A stretch of DNA of 63,881 bases, counting the filler, from Octopus bimaculoides (taxonomy: Eukaryota): assembly GCF_001194135.2 (NCBI RefSeq). It is 4 parts of 4 records of this genome, joined end to end, with 100 filler letters (N's around TTAATTAATTAA, not from the genome) between each part and the next. Parts side by side here need not be neighbours in the genome. Positions count along the whole stretch, not along the records: positions 1 to 24,434 come from NC_068983.1; positions 24,535 to 47,555 come from NC_068981.1; 2 more parts are not named here. One strand, written 5' to 3'. A program made the position numbers and the translations under genes. This document shows positions 23,004 to 34,349 of the stretch, piece by piece (position 1 is the stretch's first letter; each line of letters begins with the position of its first letter). Under the pieces are notes generated by a model. That model was not told the DNA's origin and did no database searches. It saw only the letters and a program-made list of their open reading frames with translations.

Positions 23004-23927
23004 CTAGGTCTGCTCAAAAAGTATCGGGACTGCTGCTACGGTAACGGAGCCTTAGTATATAGAGTGAAGCCGCTTGGCACAGATTAACCCTGAACAGATT
23101 AACTTTGAACATGCACACTAAGTTATAACATTATCGTTCATTACGTTGTTTATAGCTGCGCTTGGAAGTAATGCATATAGGCTGTGGTCGTCTCACCACG
23201 TCACAGAGATACTATCAGTGACCACTGTATTTTGTCAGAAGCTAAGTGATACCTGCGTAGAGACCTATGCAATATTGCAGAAAGTGTATGGAGAGGAGTG
23301 TATGATGCGGACACGAGTATATGAGGGGCCCAAACGTTTCCAAGACGGCCTACAAAATGCTGAATGAGTCGAAGGGATGTAAAGACATTTTTTACACTTT
23401 TCTTTGACTACAAGAGCATTGTTCATCATGAGTATACTCCACCTGGTCAAACAGTAAGCAAGGAGTACTACCGTGAAGGGTTGCGGCGCTTGCTGGATGC
23501 TGTTCGTGAAAAAAGGGCAAGGCGGCAAACGGCTGGCGAGTGGAAAACTCCACCAGGTCAACGCAGCAATCCATTCAGTGCAGCTTGGGCAGCAGCTTTT
23601 GTCCAAGCACAACATTACCCAGGTCAATATTCGACAACCACCATATTTCCAAAATTTCGCCCCTTGCTAGTTTTCCCTCTTCCCAAATATCAAATCGCAC
23701 TGAAAACGAACAAGATCACAAGAAGCCCCAAAATAAAAAATTATAGTGAAGCAGCTGGTGACTGTTCCACATAGGAAGTTCCAGCAATGCTTCAATCAAT
23801 GGAAACGGCGCTGGATAAAGTGTGTGGCTTAAGAAGAGGATTACTTCGAAAGACATTAAGTACCGCTTTCATATGTCGTAGTTTTCTTTTTATACGACCA
23901 GTCCCGATACTTTTTGATCAAAGCTCG
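23004..23927 (+). mobile_element. mariner (DD34D-type) element with internal deletion
   Basis: TIRs share tcaaaaagtatcgggactg exactly, with TA at the left flank. KTFFTLFFDYKSIVHHEYTPPGQTVSKEYYREGLRRLLDAVREKR and WKLHQVNAAIHS remnants. Confidence 0.9.
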
Positions 23928-23941
23928 CATATATATACATA

Positions 23942-23973
<32 letters not shown>

Positions 23974-23985
23974 CGTATGTATGTT

Positions 23986-24019
<34 letters not shown>

Positions 24020-24189
24020 ATTATATGTATTTATTTTCTCCTAATTAAGAATAATTCGGATAAAATAAATGGGTTAATAGAAACCAGGGTAGCAAAGATC
24101 ACAAAATAACTGTAGTGTAACTCCTGTTTGTGAGGCAGAAACTCCTTGATATTTTGGGTATTTGAGTATATATAAATTTAAAGAATGGA

Positions 24190-24434
24190 GTAAACGCATG
24201 TTATAACTGAATACTTTTATTCCGACATATGTTTCGATTTAGTCTTCACATACATTCTATATGAATTAGAAGACCAATTCCCAAATATTAAGGGTGGTCT
24301 ATACAGAGACGATTGTTTACTCTATTTAGAGAACACCACAAACCAAAAAATACAAAAAGTTAAAAATAGACTAGCTAGGTTTTTCAGTAGAATGGGCTTT
24401 AGTATAGTATTTGAAGATGAAACATCTATAGCCA
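24190..24434 (+). mobile_element. PLE reverse-transcriptase fragment with an inverted terminal piece at its 5' end
   Basis: 24251-24434 reads YILYELEDQFPNIKGGLYRDDCLLYLENTTNQKIQKVKNRLARFFSRMGFSIVFE (YRDD motif). It is preceded by a minus-strand UGAAGACUAAAUCGAAACAUAUGUC. Confidence 0.8.
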
Positions 24435-24534
24435 NNNNNNNNNNNNNNNNNNNNNNNNNNNNNNNNNNNNNNNNNNNNTTAATTAATTAANNNNNNNNNN
24501 NNNNNNNNNNNNNNNNNNNNNNNNNNNNNNNNNN
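24435..24534. other. Artificial 100-bp assembly join (44 N + TTAATTAATTAA + 44 N); also at 47556-47655 and 61617-61716
   Basis: Identical geometry three times. The 12-mer is palindromic and gives stops in all six frames. Confidence 0.95.
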
Positions 24535-24579
24535 ATATATATATATATATATATATAAATGTGTGGGTGTGCTTGGAAA

Positions 24580-24830
24580 GCAGCATGGCTGAATGATTCA
24601 AAAGTTTGTAAGTGAAACTAAGGAAACAGAATCTGTATTGAGGCCTTTTACATAGATTGTGCCTAGAATGCAAGGGCTCAGTTTCCAAACTCTGTGACAT
24701 GCTGACTCTGTCTGTGAATTAAGTTAAGAGTACACCACGTGTCTCAGGAACACTCAAGCACTTCCACGCTAATTCAATGAGCAGGTAGTACAGCTGATTA
24801 TTCATCGTCAAAACCGACGAAGATCCATTT
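24580..24830 (+). mobile_element. Old degenerate family B/B'-type SINE
   Basis: cacgtgtctcaggaacactcaagcacttccacgctaattcaatgagcagg...ccgacgaag aligns with the family B tail. Confidence 0.5.
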
Positions 24831-25081
24831 ACTTTTATATCGCTTCTTACACCTGAAATTACTTACAGGCCCACAGACTAACTTCTTATATTTTCCCTGA
24901 GCATGAAATTCTCTTCTTTATGATCTTTTCTCCCACCCCAAAAGTGTTTCTCCTCTAATTTTATTTCCCTCTGATACAATTCTCCTCCGACACATTTACA
25001 GACAATCTTTAATTGCTCATTACTGTTGGATTTCGTTTATTTTCTTCATTTTTCTTTTGTTTCAGTAATTAGACTGCATCT

Positions 25082-25285
25082 TATGCTGGTGCACGGCCTC
25101 GAACGGTTTAGTTGCACAAATCGACCCCAGTATTTATTTTTTTTAAAGTCTGGTACTTATTCTATTTTTACTGAACTGCTATGTTACGGGGACGCAAACA
25201 AACCATTATCGGTTGTCAAGCGGTGTGGCAAGATAAACACAAACACAAACACAAATACACACACACACACACACACATACACACA

Positions 25286-25317
<32 letters not shown>

Positions 25318-25475
25318 TCAGTGGCTTCTTTCATTTTCTGTCTACCAAATAAACTCAAGCCTTTGGTAGGTCTTGAGCTATAGCAGAAGACTCTTTTCCA
25401 GGGTGTCACGCAGTTGGACTGAACCCCAAACCATGTGGTTGTAGACAAAACTTTTATCACATAGCCAGACCTATG
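25082..25475 (-). mobile_element. SINE family A
   Basis: Reverse complement aligns with 3198-3605; internal (AC)n run. Confidence 0.8.
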
Positions 25476-26379
25476 TAATGGGTTAGATCTGGCATAGATG
25501 AGATGTTGTAAGCTAGAGAAGGTGATAAGTTGAGAAGTTTTGAAAGGCTGCGTGTGTTATAGTTAATTACGTACTTCTGGATGAATGGACGTCGAAAAGT
25601 TTATACTCATTATAGATTTTATTCAATAACTACCAAGTATTCTGTTGCATATTCACATTAACTGTTTCCTGTTTCATCCTCAAATTGACCCTGAAGATTG
25701 GACACTTGAAGATTGGATTAAAGAAATTTGAAGTTCTAAATGGCGTATGCGCACGCGCGCGCGTGTGTGTATTTGTGTGTATGTATATATAATAAAAAAA
25801 TCATTTGATGAATAAGTTTCATTGTTACTCGGAGTTTCACGGTCACACATGCGAGTTAAATATGTGGTTGTGATCCTTTACAGATTTCATCTGTGTAACA
25901 ACAGAGTGAATTCGCATTCCATTAAACAGAAGAATTTATACACTCATAAACACTGACAAACAGACAGACAGACACACAGACACACACACATACATACACA
26001 CACGCATGTATCTATGAATTTCATTATATACTAATAGACCTTGGCATCTACCACTATTTTGAGTAGAGTAGACCTGTGACTAATACTGGCTCAAAACCTT
26101 GGAACTCCTGAAACTAGGCTCCACTACTCAGATAAATCAGCTGCATATATATCCTGCTTTCTGATATGTAGTGAACTCATAGAACTTGTTGCACTGGACC
26201 AAATACAAGTTTGAAGAACGAGGCGGAGGTGGGAACTGGCTCAGCACATGCCATACCCACTAAAACACCAGCACCATCACACTTTCACCATAACTCCAGT
26301 AAGCGACTGAGAAAGAGGCTATGGGGAATCCCTAAACAGGACGCCATAGGGTGATGACGGTCGAAGCAGCGAAAGTCCT

Positions 26380-26680
26380 CGTACATACATATGTATGTAT
26401 GTATGTATGTATATATATATGTATGTATGTATGCATGTATGCATGCATGCGTATGTATGTATGTATGTGTATGTGTATGTATGTATGTATGTATGCATGC
26501 ATGCATGCATGTATGTATGTATGTATGTATGTATGTATATATGTATTATGTATGCATGTATGCATGCATGCGTATGTATGTATGTATGTATGTATGTACG
26601 TACGTATGTATGTATGTATGTATGTATGTATGTATGCATGCATGTATGTATGTATGTATGTGTATGTGTATGTATGTATG
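26380..26680. repeat. (TGTA)n/(TGCA)n microsatellite
   Basis: Directly visible. Other (TGTA)n tracts occur at 28640-28985, 35229-35293, 35498-35535 and 60545-60590. Confidence 0.95.
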
Positions 26681-28150
26681 TCTCTTTTATGTTTTAGTTA
26701 TTATAAATCTTCCACTGAGGAGGGAGCCAGTTTCCATACAAGTCTCCATCTTTGGGATGTAGTTAACACTGACAAATTCATATTTATAACTTGCTAAAAG
26801 TCTTGCATATTTTTACTGTTCCACTCACAGATTGGACTTGTAATGTACGAATCAGCCGTTGAATTTCTCTTCGTCAAAATCCCAGTTTATTCAGATTCTC
26901 TTTTAAGCATTTACTAACAAAACCTAGTGTTCCAATTATTATTGGTATGAACACGAATTCATAGTCTGGATATAGAAGCTGGAGGTTTCGAAGCAGTTGT
27001 TCATAGGTATCCTCCGGGCAACTAAACTCTGTAATGGTACATCCCTTTTCCCCTCTATCCCAAAGAACAATATCCGGCCTGTTATGCTTACATTTGACAG
27101 AAGTTTTGATGAGAATATTCCACCAGTATTCCTTGAGTTGGTGTTTATGAATGTATTCCATAACAGAGGGATTTTCTAAGTTTATTTCAGGACAGTTGTT
27201 TTTGCGGATAGCATTGTAAATTGTTGCAGCAACAACATGGTGCCGCAGAGGGAGGTAGTACCGTAACGACATTTTTGGGCAGCTGCTAATCACATGCGTG
27301 ATGTCTTCCACAGAAACATGACATATCCTACACATGCGGTTGTACCTTGGGATTATAAGAGTGTTACTGTCTCTCTTGTTCACCAGATTTTTTGTGGCAA
27401 TCTCCTGTTCCTGGATTGCAAATGCATAGCCTTCAGCGTGTAATGTGATGCAGTGGTCTTGTGTCTAAGAGAGGCTGCACTTCGTGTCAATTCTACTGTC
27501 TTCTTCAAGCTTCCGAGCAACATACTCATGCGTGGTATTTTTTGTATGCTGAATACTTTCCATTCAGGTCTTCTCTGAGGTAAGAGAGCCCAGCTGTTTT
27601 GGAGCTGTATAGGAGATCATCAGGAACAATGTTGCTGACTTCACTTTTCTGGACTGCATTAATATATTCATTTTTGCTGCTGTTGTTTAGCAGGTGCTGC
27701 CTGAGTGATACTATACGGCATTCGAATGCCATCTACACTGATCTCAGGCCTCTACCAGTTTCATTTCTTCTTAGGTAAAGCCTGTCAACATCACTGTTTC
27801 TGTAGAAGTTCGTAGTTATTGTCAGGATTTTTCGAGTTTTGATATCTACGGAGTGGATTTCTTCTACAGACCAATCAAGAATCCCAAATGTTGGGATTAG
27901 CTCTGGTACTGCAAATGCATTGTGGGATATTGTTTTGTTGTAAGAGGAGAGTTCCGACTGCCATATTTCCCTTAGTCTGGTGTAATATTCTCGGGTCACT
28001 TTATCTTTATTCACAGTGCCTTCATATGATACATTTTCATCTATGCCAAAGTACTTGTAACATTCTTTGAGTGGAATGGGGGAGATAGAGAAACAGTTAA
28101 TGCACAGGTTTGGGGTTTGAGGGACTGACTTTCCTCGTTCTATAACCAAA
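26681..28150 (-). mobile_element. R4/Dong-like RLE non-LTR retrotransposon, 5' truncated and frameshifted
   Basis: CYKYFGIDEN..WQSELSSYNK..FAVP..RLYLRRNETGRGL (RT end), CRICHVSVEDITHVISSC (CCHC), RHHVV, HNRPDIVLWD..EFSCPED (RLE), FIPIIIGTLG. The 3' UTR ends at (TACA)n. Confidence 0.9.
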
Positions 28151-28265
28151 TATGAACATGTACGAATATGCATGTATGTATGCAGCTATAAATGTATATA
28201 TGCGTGTATATATGTATGTATATTTGTATGTACATATGTATATGTATATACGTATGTATATATCA

Positions 28266-28445
28266 TTATCTTTTATCTTTTACTTGTTTCAGTCATAAGA
28301 CTGCAGCCATGCTGGGGCATCACCTAGAAGAAATTTTAGTCGAATGGATCGACCCAGTACTGAAGTTTTCGCTAAGCCTGGTACTTATTCGATCGGTCCT
28401 CTTTGTTGAACTACTAGATTATGGGGACGTAAACACAGCAACAAT
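28266..28445 (-). mobile_element. SINE family A, 3' half
   Basis: cttttacttgtttcagtcataagactgcagccatgctggggcatc...ctggtacttattcgatcgg...ggggacgtaaacac. Confidence 0.8.
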
Positions 28446-28711
28446 ATGTATATTTATATATATATATATATATGTATATGTACAGCACCATATTAAGGTG
28501 GTTGCCCAGGGGTCCCATGAGTTTAGTGGCCCCAATTCTAATCTATGTAGGTGGCTTGTTGTCAATGAATAAATATTTTAAGCACTGATTTGTTCAGGGG
28601 CCTATGATATAGCTCAGATTGCCCGGCCCTATATGTCCGTATGTATGTATGTATGTATGTATGTATGTATGTATGTATGTATGTATGTGTGTGTGTGTGT
28701 ATGTATGTATG

Positions 28712-28742
<31 letters not shown>

Positions 28743-28783
28743 ATATGTATGTAAGTATGTATGTATGTATGTATGTATGCATG

Positions 28784-28817
<34 letters not shown>

Positions 28818-28985
28818 TGTATGTATGTATGTATGTATGTNNNNNNNNNNNNNNNNNNNNNNNNNNNNNNNNNNNNNNNNNNNNNNNNNNNNNNNNNNNN
28901 NNNNNNNNNNNNNNNNNNNNNNNNNNNNNNNNNNNNNNNNNGTATGTATATATGTATGTATGCATGTATGTATGTATGTATGTAT

Positions 28986-29178
28986 GTTGTATATATGTGA
29001 AAGTGTAGATTTGTATGCTTTGTTTTATGTATGTATTCCCATGCAGATAACTGCATGTCTACAGATATGTATGTATGTATGTATGTATGTTGTATATATG
29101 TGAAAGTGTAGATTTGTATGCTTTGTTTTATGTATGTATTCCCATGCAGATAACTGCATGTCTACAAATATGTATGTA
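28986..29178. repeat. 103-bp near-perfect tandem duplication
   Basis: gttgtatatatgtgaaagtgtagattt...catgcagataactgcatgtctaca begins at 28986 and again at 29089. Confidence 0.9.
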
Positions 29179-29494
29179 AGCATCATTTTTGGTTGAGAAA
29201 GTTCAAGCCTCTAGCTAACAAAGCAACAAGACTTTTTGAGTTAAAAGAGTTCCCGGTGTTCGTAAATATGTGGTTGAGTTAGTTGAGCTGTCGATGTATA
29301 CAGCCAGATTTGTGCATGAATTCACATAAGAATCGCAGATGGAGAATTGGGGAATGTTTTACAAATCTTTACTTCTAATAAATTGGATTTGGAGGATCCG
29401 CGTCATTTTCTCTTATTCTTTTCCCGTGAAACCGATTATGTATGTATGTATGTATGTATGTATGTTATGTATGTATGCACGTATGTAAGTATGT

Positions 29495-29881
29495 TGTTGT
29501 TGTTGCTGGCACTCCGTCGCTTACGACGTCGAGGGTTCCAGTCGATCCGATCAACGGAACAGCCTGCTCGTGAGATTAACGTGCAAGTGGCTGAGCTCTC
29601 CGCAGACACGTGTACCCTTAAAGTAGTTCTCGGGGATATTCAGCGTGACACAGTGTGACAAGGCTGGCCCTTTGAATTACAGGCACAACAAAAACAGGAA
29701 GAGTGAGAGAAAGTTGTGGTGGAAGAGTACAGCAGGGTTCGCCACCATCCCCTGCCGGAGCCTCGTGGAGCTTTAGGTGTTTTCGCTCAATAAACACTCA
29801 CAACGCCCGGTCTGGGATTCGAAACCGCGATCCTATGACCGCGAGTCCGCTGCCCTAACCACTGGGCCATTGTGCCTCCAC
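29495..29881 (-). mobile_element. SINE family B, full length, 12-bp TSD
   Basis: tRNA-like head (A box tggcccagtggt, B box ggtttcgaatcc), (CAA)n tail, TSD atgtaagtatgt at 29483-94 and 29882-93. Confidence 0.95.
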
Positions 29882-30429
29882 ATGTAAGTATGTATGTATG
29901 TGTGCATGTACGTTTGTATGCATGTACGCATGTATATATGTATGTATGCCTGTATGTATGTACATATGTATGTATGCATATATGTAGTCTTGCATGTATG
30001 TGTGAGAGAGAGGGGTGACAGAGAGGGGAACAGGGAGGGGTACAGAGAAGGGGAGAGAGAGTGTTATTAACAGTGCGTGTGTTTGGTATCATTTTATTTT
30101 TCTCTGTCACTCCTGTATTCATCTTTTGATATGTAGCTTAGCAATGTCTCTACAATGACAGTGGGGTGTACGATATTCCTCTCCTCTTGCTTGTTATTTC
30201 TATAATCTTAACAGAACACCAGCCCAAGCCTACGGGATCTTCTGTAAATACAAACATGAACACTCACATACTCATGCATACGCGCATGCACATACATGCA
30301 CGCGCGCACTTGTATACATTTTATGCATGATAACTTTTACAAACATCCGTATCAGCCTCTTGTGAATGTATGCACATATGAGCGGGAAAATAGGAGCCTG
30401 TATGGCTATTATGTGAGTAGACTGGAGAA

Positions 30430-30544
30430 TTTGCGTGAAAAGTGTGTACATGTGTGTACATGTGTGTACATGTGTGTACATGTGTGTGTATGTGTGTGTG
30501 TGTGTGTGAGAGAGTGTGTGTGTGTGTGTGAGAGAGTGTGTGAG

Positions 30545-30603
<59 letters not shown>

Positions 30604-30690
30604 AAGGGACAGAGATAGACAAATAAATAGATACGGACAGAGAGGGAGAGAGAGTGAGAGAGAGTGAGAGAGAGAATGAAATATAAAGTG
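30430..30690. repeat. (TGTGTACATG)n, (TG)n and (GA)n compound repeat
   Basis: Directly visible. Confidence 0.9.
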
Positions 30691-31133
30691 TAAGAAGAGA
30701 TATTTTCATTAAAGAGAACATGAAATATATGTGTGCGTTTTATGTGTNNNNNNNNNNNNNNNNNNNNNNNNNNNNNNNNNNNNNNNNNNNNNNNNNNNNN
30801 NNNNNNNNNNNNNNNNNNNNNNNNNNNNNNNNNNNNNNNNNNNNNNNNNNNNNNNNNNNNNNNNNNNNNNNNNNNNNNNNNNNNNNNNNNNNNNNNNNNN
30901 NNNNNNNNNNNNNNNNNNNNNNNNNNNNNNNNNNNNNNNNNNNNNNNNNNNNNNNNNNNNNNNNNNNNNNNNNNNNNNNNNNNNNNNNNNNNNNNNNNNN
31001 NNNNNNNNNNNNNNNNNNNNNNNNNNNNNNNNNNNNNNNNNNNNNNNNNNNNNNNNNNNNNNNNNNNNNNNNNNNNNNNNNNNNNNNNNNNNNNNNNNNN
31101 NNNNNNNNNNNNNNNNNNNNNNNNNNNNNNNNN

Positions 31134-31165
<32 letters not shown>

Positions 31166-31270
31166 ACAAAGACATGAGAGTTTCAAAAGTGGGTGTATGT
31201 ATGTGCAAGTATTTCAGTATTTCATGTAAAAAAATATGCGTGTGTTTGTTTACTTGTTTGTTTGTTTGTT

Positions 31271-31315
<45 letters not shown>

Positions 31316-31479
31316 TGAAGGCACCATGTAAAAATCTAACGTTTACAAAGACAGTGGTTAATAAGTGTGTAAAAGGTTAAGACTGAAAGAAAAAAATACA
31401 AGGATCCATCCTCAGTGTAAGAACGTACAAATTGCGTTTAATGTATGATGATAATGCTTGGTTCCAGTATTTGTAGTCG

Positions 31480-32400
31480 TGTTATAGTAGAGCAGGTTGA
31501 ATGATATGGTGGTGTGGTGGTGGTGGTTTGCTTGTGGTGATGCACTTGGGGTGATGTTACTGAGACGATGGTGGTGGTGGTGGTGGTAGTTGGTGGTGAT
31601 GGTAGTGGTATGATAGTGTTGGCGGTGATGGCAAGGTGATGGTAGTGGAGATGGTGTCGGTGATTGTGGTGATGGTAGTAGTGTTTGTAGTGATGGTGGT
31701 GGTGTGATGGTAGTAGTGGTAATAATAATGGTGGTCGGTGGGGGTGTTTGTGTAATGGTTGCAATGGCTATGTTGTTGTTGTTGTTGTGGTCGTTATGCT
31801 GGTAGGATTATCGTAGTGATAACGTTGCAAGTGATATCGTGTTGTTATCGATGTTAGTATTGGTGGTGTGGGTGGAGGCGCAATGGCCCAGTGGTTAGGG
31901 CAGCGTACTCGCGGTCGTAGGATCGCGGTTTCGATTCCCAGACCGGACATTGTGAGTGTTTATTGAGCGAAAGCACCTAAATCTCCACGGGGCAACGGCA
32001 GTGGGTGGTGGCGAACCCTGCTGTACTCTTTCACCACAACTTTCTCTCACTCTTGCTTCCTGTTTCTGTTGTACCTGTATTTCAAAGGGCCAGCCTTGTC
32101 ACACTTTGTGTCACGCTGAATCTTCCCTCTACCCCGAGAACTACGTTATGGGTACACGTGTCTGTGGAGTGCTCAACCACTTGCACGTTAATTTCACGAG
32201 CAGGCTGTTCCGTTGATCGGATCAACTGGAACCCTCGTCATCGTAACCGACGGAGTGCCAACAAACATTGGTGGTGTCCTTGTGGTGTTGATGCTTTTCT
32301 GACAGTAGTAATTGTATCATTACTGTTGGGTGGTAGTGGTGGTGTGATTGATACGGTGGTGATGGTTCTTGTACTGTTGATGCTGTTGTTGTCACAGTGC
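31480..32400. repeat. Degenerate (GGT/GAT/GTT)n trinucleotide tract hosting a SINE B insertion
   Basis: Directly visible on both sides of 31872-32266. Confidence 0.8.
31872..32266 (+). mobile_element. SINE family B, full length, 11-bp TSD
   Basis: Same head and tail as 29495-29881. TSD attggtggtgt at 31859-69 and 32267-77. Confidence 0.95.
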
Positions 32401-33360
32401 TAATATCATCAATTTCCACGGAGTCAAAGGCTTTATCAGTGGTATAATGGTGGAGATAATAGAGGTGGTGGATCAATTCAGAACTTTTCCACATATCCTG
32501 TATCTTATGTTCACGTAGGTATTTTGTATGCTCACCCAATTTATGTTTTTGTGTGTTCACCCAATTTATTGACATATATATTGGAAAAGGTTCTTCAAAA
32601 ACTTATAATAGTCAGATAAAAGAATAAATACAATCGGTGAGTAGAATGCCCTTTCTCATAGATCAACACTGACAACGGCATAGATATTAAGTGCACCAAC
32701 AGCAGCGTCAACAACAAAAACCATAGAAAAGCAGCAATCAATACCATTACTAGAGGCATGACCACAACATAATACCCAAATTATTCACATTTATATTGAA
32801 AAAAGGTTTTTTTTTTAAAAACTTATATTGGTCAGGTATATTGGTCAGATTCACTGATAATATTGTACTCATTTCCAGAATCAACAGAATACACAGAGAA
32901 CTCAAGGAAGAAAGCAAAAAATGTGGACTCAGAATTAATATTAGTAAAACAAAGATAATTTCCAGCCAGCAAACCACAGCTGAAAATTTAGTAATAGATG
33001 ATGAAATAGTTGAACATGTGAAGCAATACACCTATCTTGGAGAAATAAGTTGCTTAAAGGATAAAAATCAGACCGAAGAAATTGAATGATGAATACTGTT
33101 AGGATGGGCGACCTCTGGTAAATTAAATCACATCATGAACAGTAACTTGCTCATATGTCTAAATAGAAAGGTCTTCAACCAGTTTGTGCTGAGTACCGAT
33201 ACCTATGTATCAAAAACACAAACTACTAACAAGAACATTGAAAATAAATTAACAGTGGCACAAAGAGCCATGGAAAGGAGAATGCTGAAGATTAACAAAA
33301 TGGATAAGTGGAGAAGCAACAGGATAAAATTGCCAACAGGTTTAACGGATATTATCATTG
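32400..33360 (+). mobile_element. RTE-clade LINE reverse-transcriptase fragment with inverted 5' segment (32400-32575 on minus)
   Basis: Minus: DKAFDSVEIDD. Plus: VLQKL, TRGM..IIPKLF, VRFTDNIVLI, CGLRINISKTK, YTYLG, RKVFNQFVL, KLTVAQRAMERRML. Confidence 0.85.
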
Positions 33361-34085
33361 ATTGCATGTTTTTAAATATAGTTGACTACATGTGTTTACT
33401 TTATGCATATTTCAGTATTATGTATACCTGTTATGTATTTGTGTACATCATTAATATATAAGTGCATGTGGATTATGTATTCATATATAAGTTAATATGT
33501 ACATTTATGCATTCATGTGTGTGTGTGTGTGTATGCGTGTGTGTGTGCGCGCGTGTGTGTGTGAGTGTGTGTCTGTGTGTGAAGAGGGTGTCTGTCTCCA
33601 AAAGTCCAAAGTTGAGTAACGTTTTCATGCTTGGATTTGTAAACTACAATGAGAATAACACTGGTCAACAAAGATTTTCTCCCAAGGAAAAGAATACCTA
33701 TATCTTATATGATTTTGCATACAGAATTAAAAATAAAATGTCAAATTATCTGTATCACCCACAGTTTCTTTGTTCCACCATATACCTCCCAGTTTCTGTT
33801 TCGTGGGATAAATTTCAGTTAAGCTGTTGAAATGTGAAGCTAGCGATTTAAGAAATACTCCCAATTTAGATTTTTATGAATAGAATTAACCTAGTGAAAT
33901 CATAAATCCAGCGACCTAAGTCAATAAGTTCCCAAAATATATGAAATGAAAAATATGTAACTAGCACACAGAAGCAAGATAAATGTGTAATATAACTAAC
34001 AAAGAGAAAAATTAAAACGAAACACGCAAGTGAAAATAATCTCGTGATGTGAAGAATCAAGTGTCAAAAATCAACATAGGACAAC

Positions 34086-34169
34086 GGGCGGCACAGACAG
34101 TGAAACACTATACAGCGTGCGGTTGTCATGGTAACAAGCTGCTAATGTCACGTTGTCTGTTGATTGGCT
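34086..34169. promoter_or_regulatory. Promoter-like module: GC box, RFX X-box, CRE/E-box-like site, CCAAT box
   Basis: gggcgg 34086-91; gttgtcatggtaac 34122-35 (fits GTHNYYATRRNAAC); tgtcacgt 34146-53; tgattggct 34161-69 (reverse AGCCAATCA). Locally CpG-richer. The gene and direction are not identified. Confidence 0.5.
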
Positions 34170-34349
34170 AAAATTATCCAAATTTCCCAACTTTAATTCC
34201 AAATAACACCAAAATAGAGAGTTGCATCGATACACCAAAATTGAAAGCAATCTGAGCAAAATTAAAGAGGGCTCATTTTGCGAATGAAAAAGACTAGATC
34301 TGCCAGAGCATATAGACAAGCGTTAATCTGCCAGCATGTGGGTTCATCA

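Noticed and set aside
24479-24490. Palindromic TTAATTAATTAA recurring at 24479, 47600 and 61661
   Set aside because: Always centred in exactly 44+44 N. It is an artificial six-frame-stop spacer, not biology.
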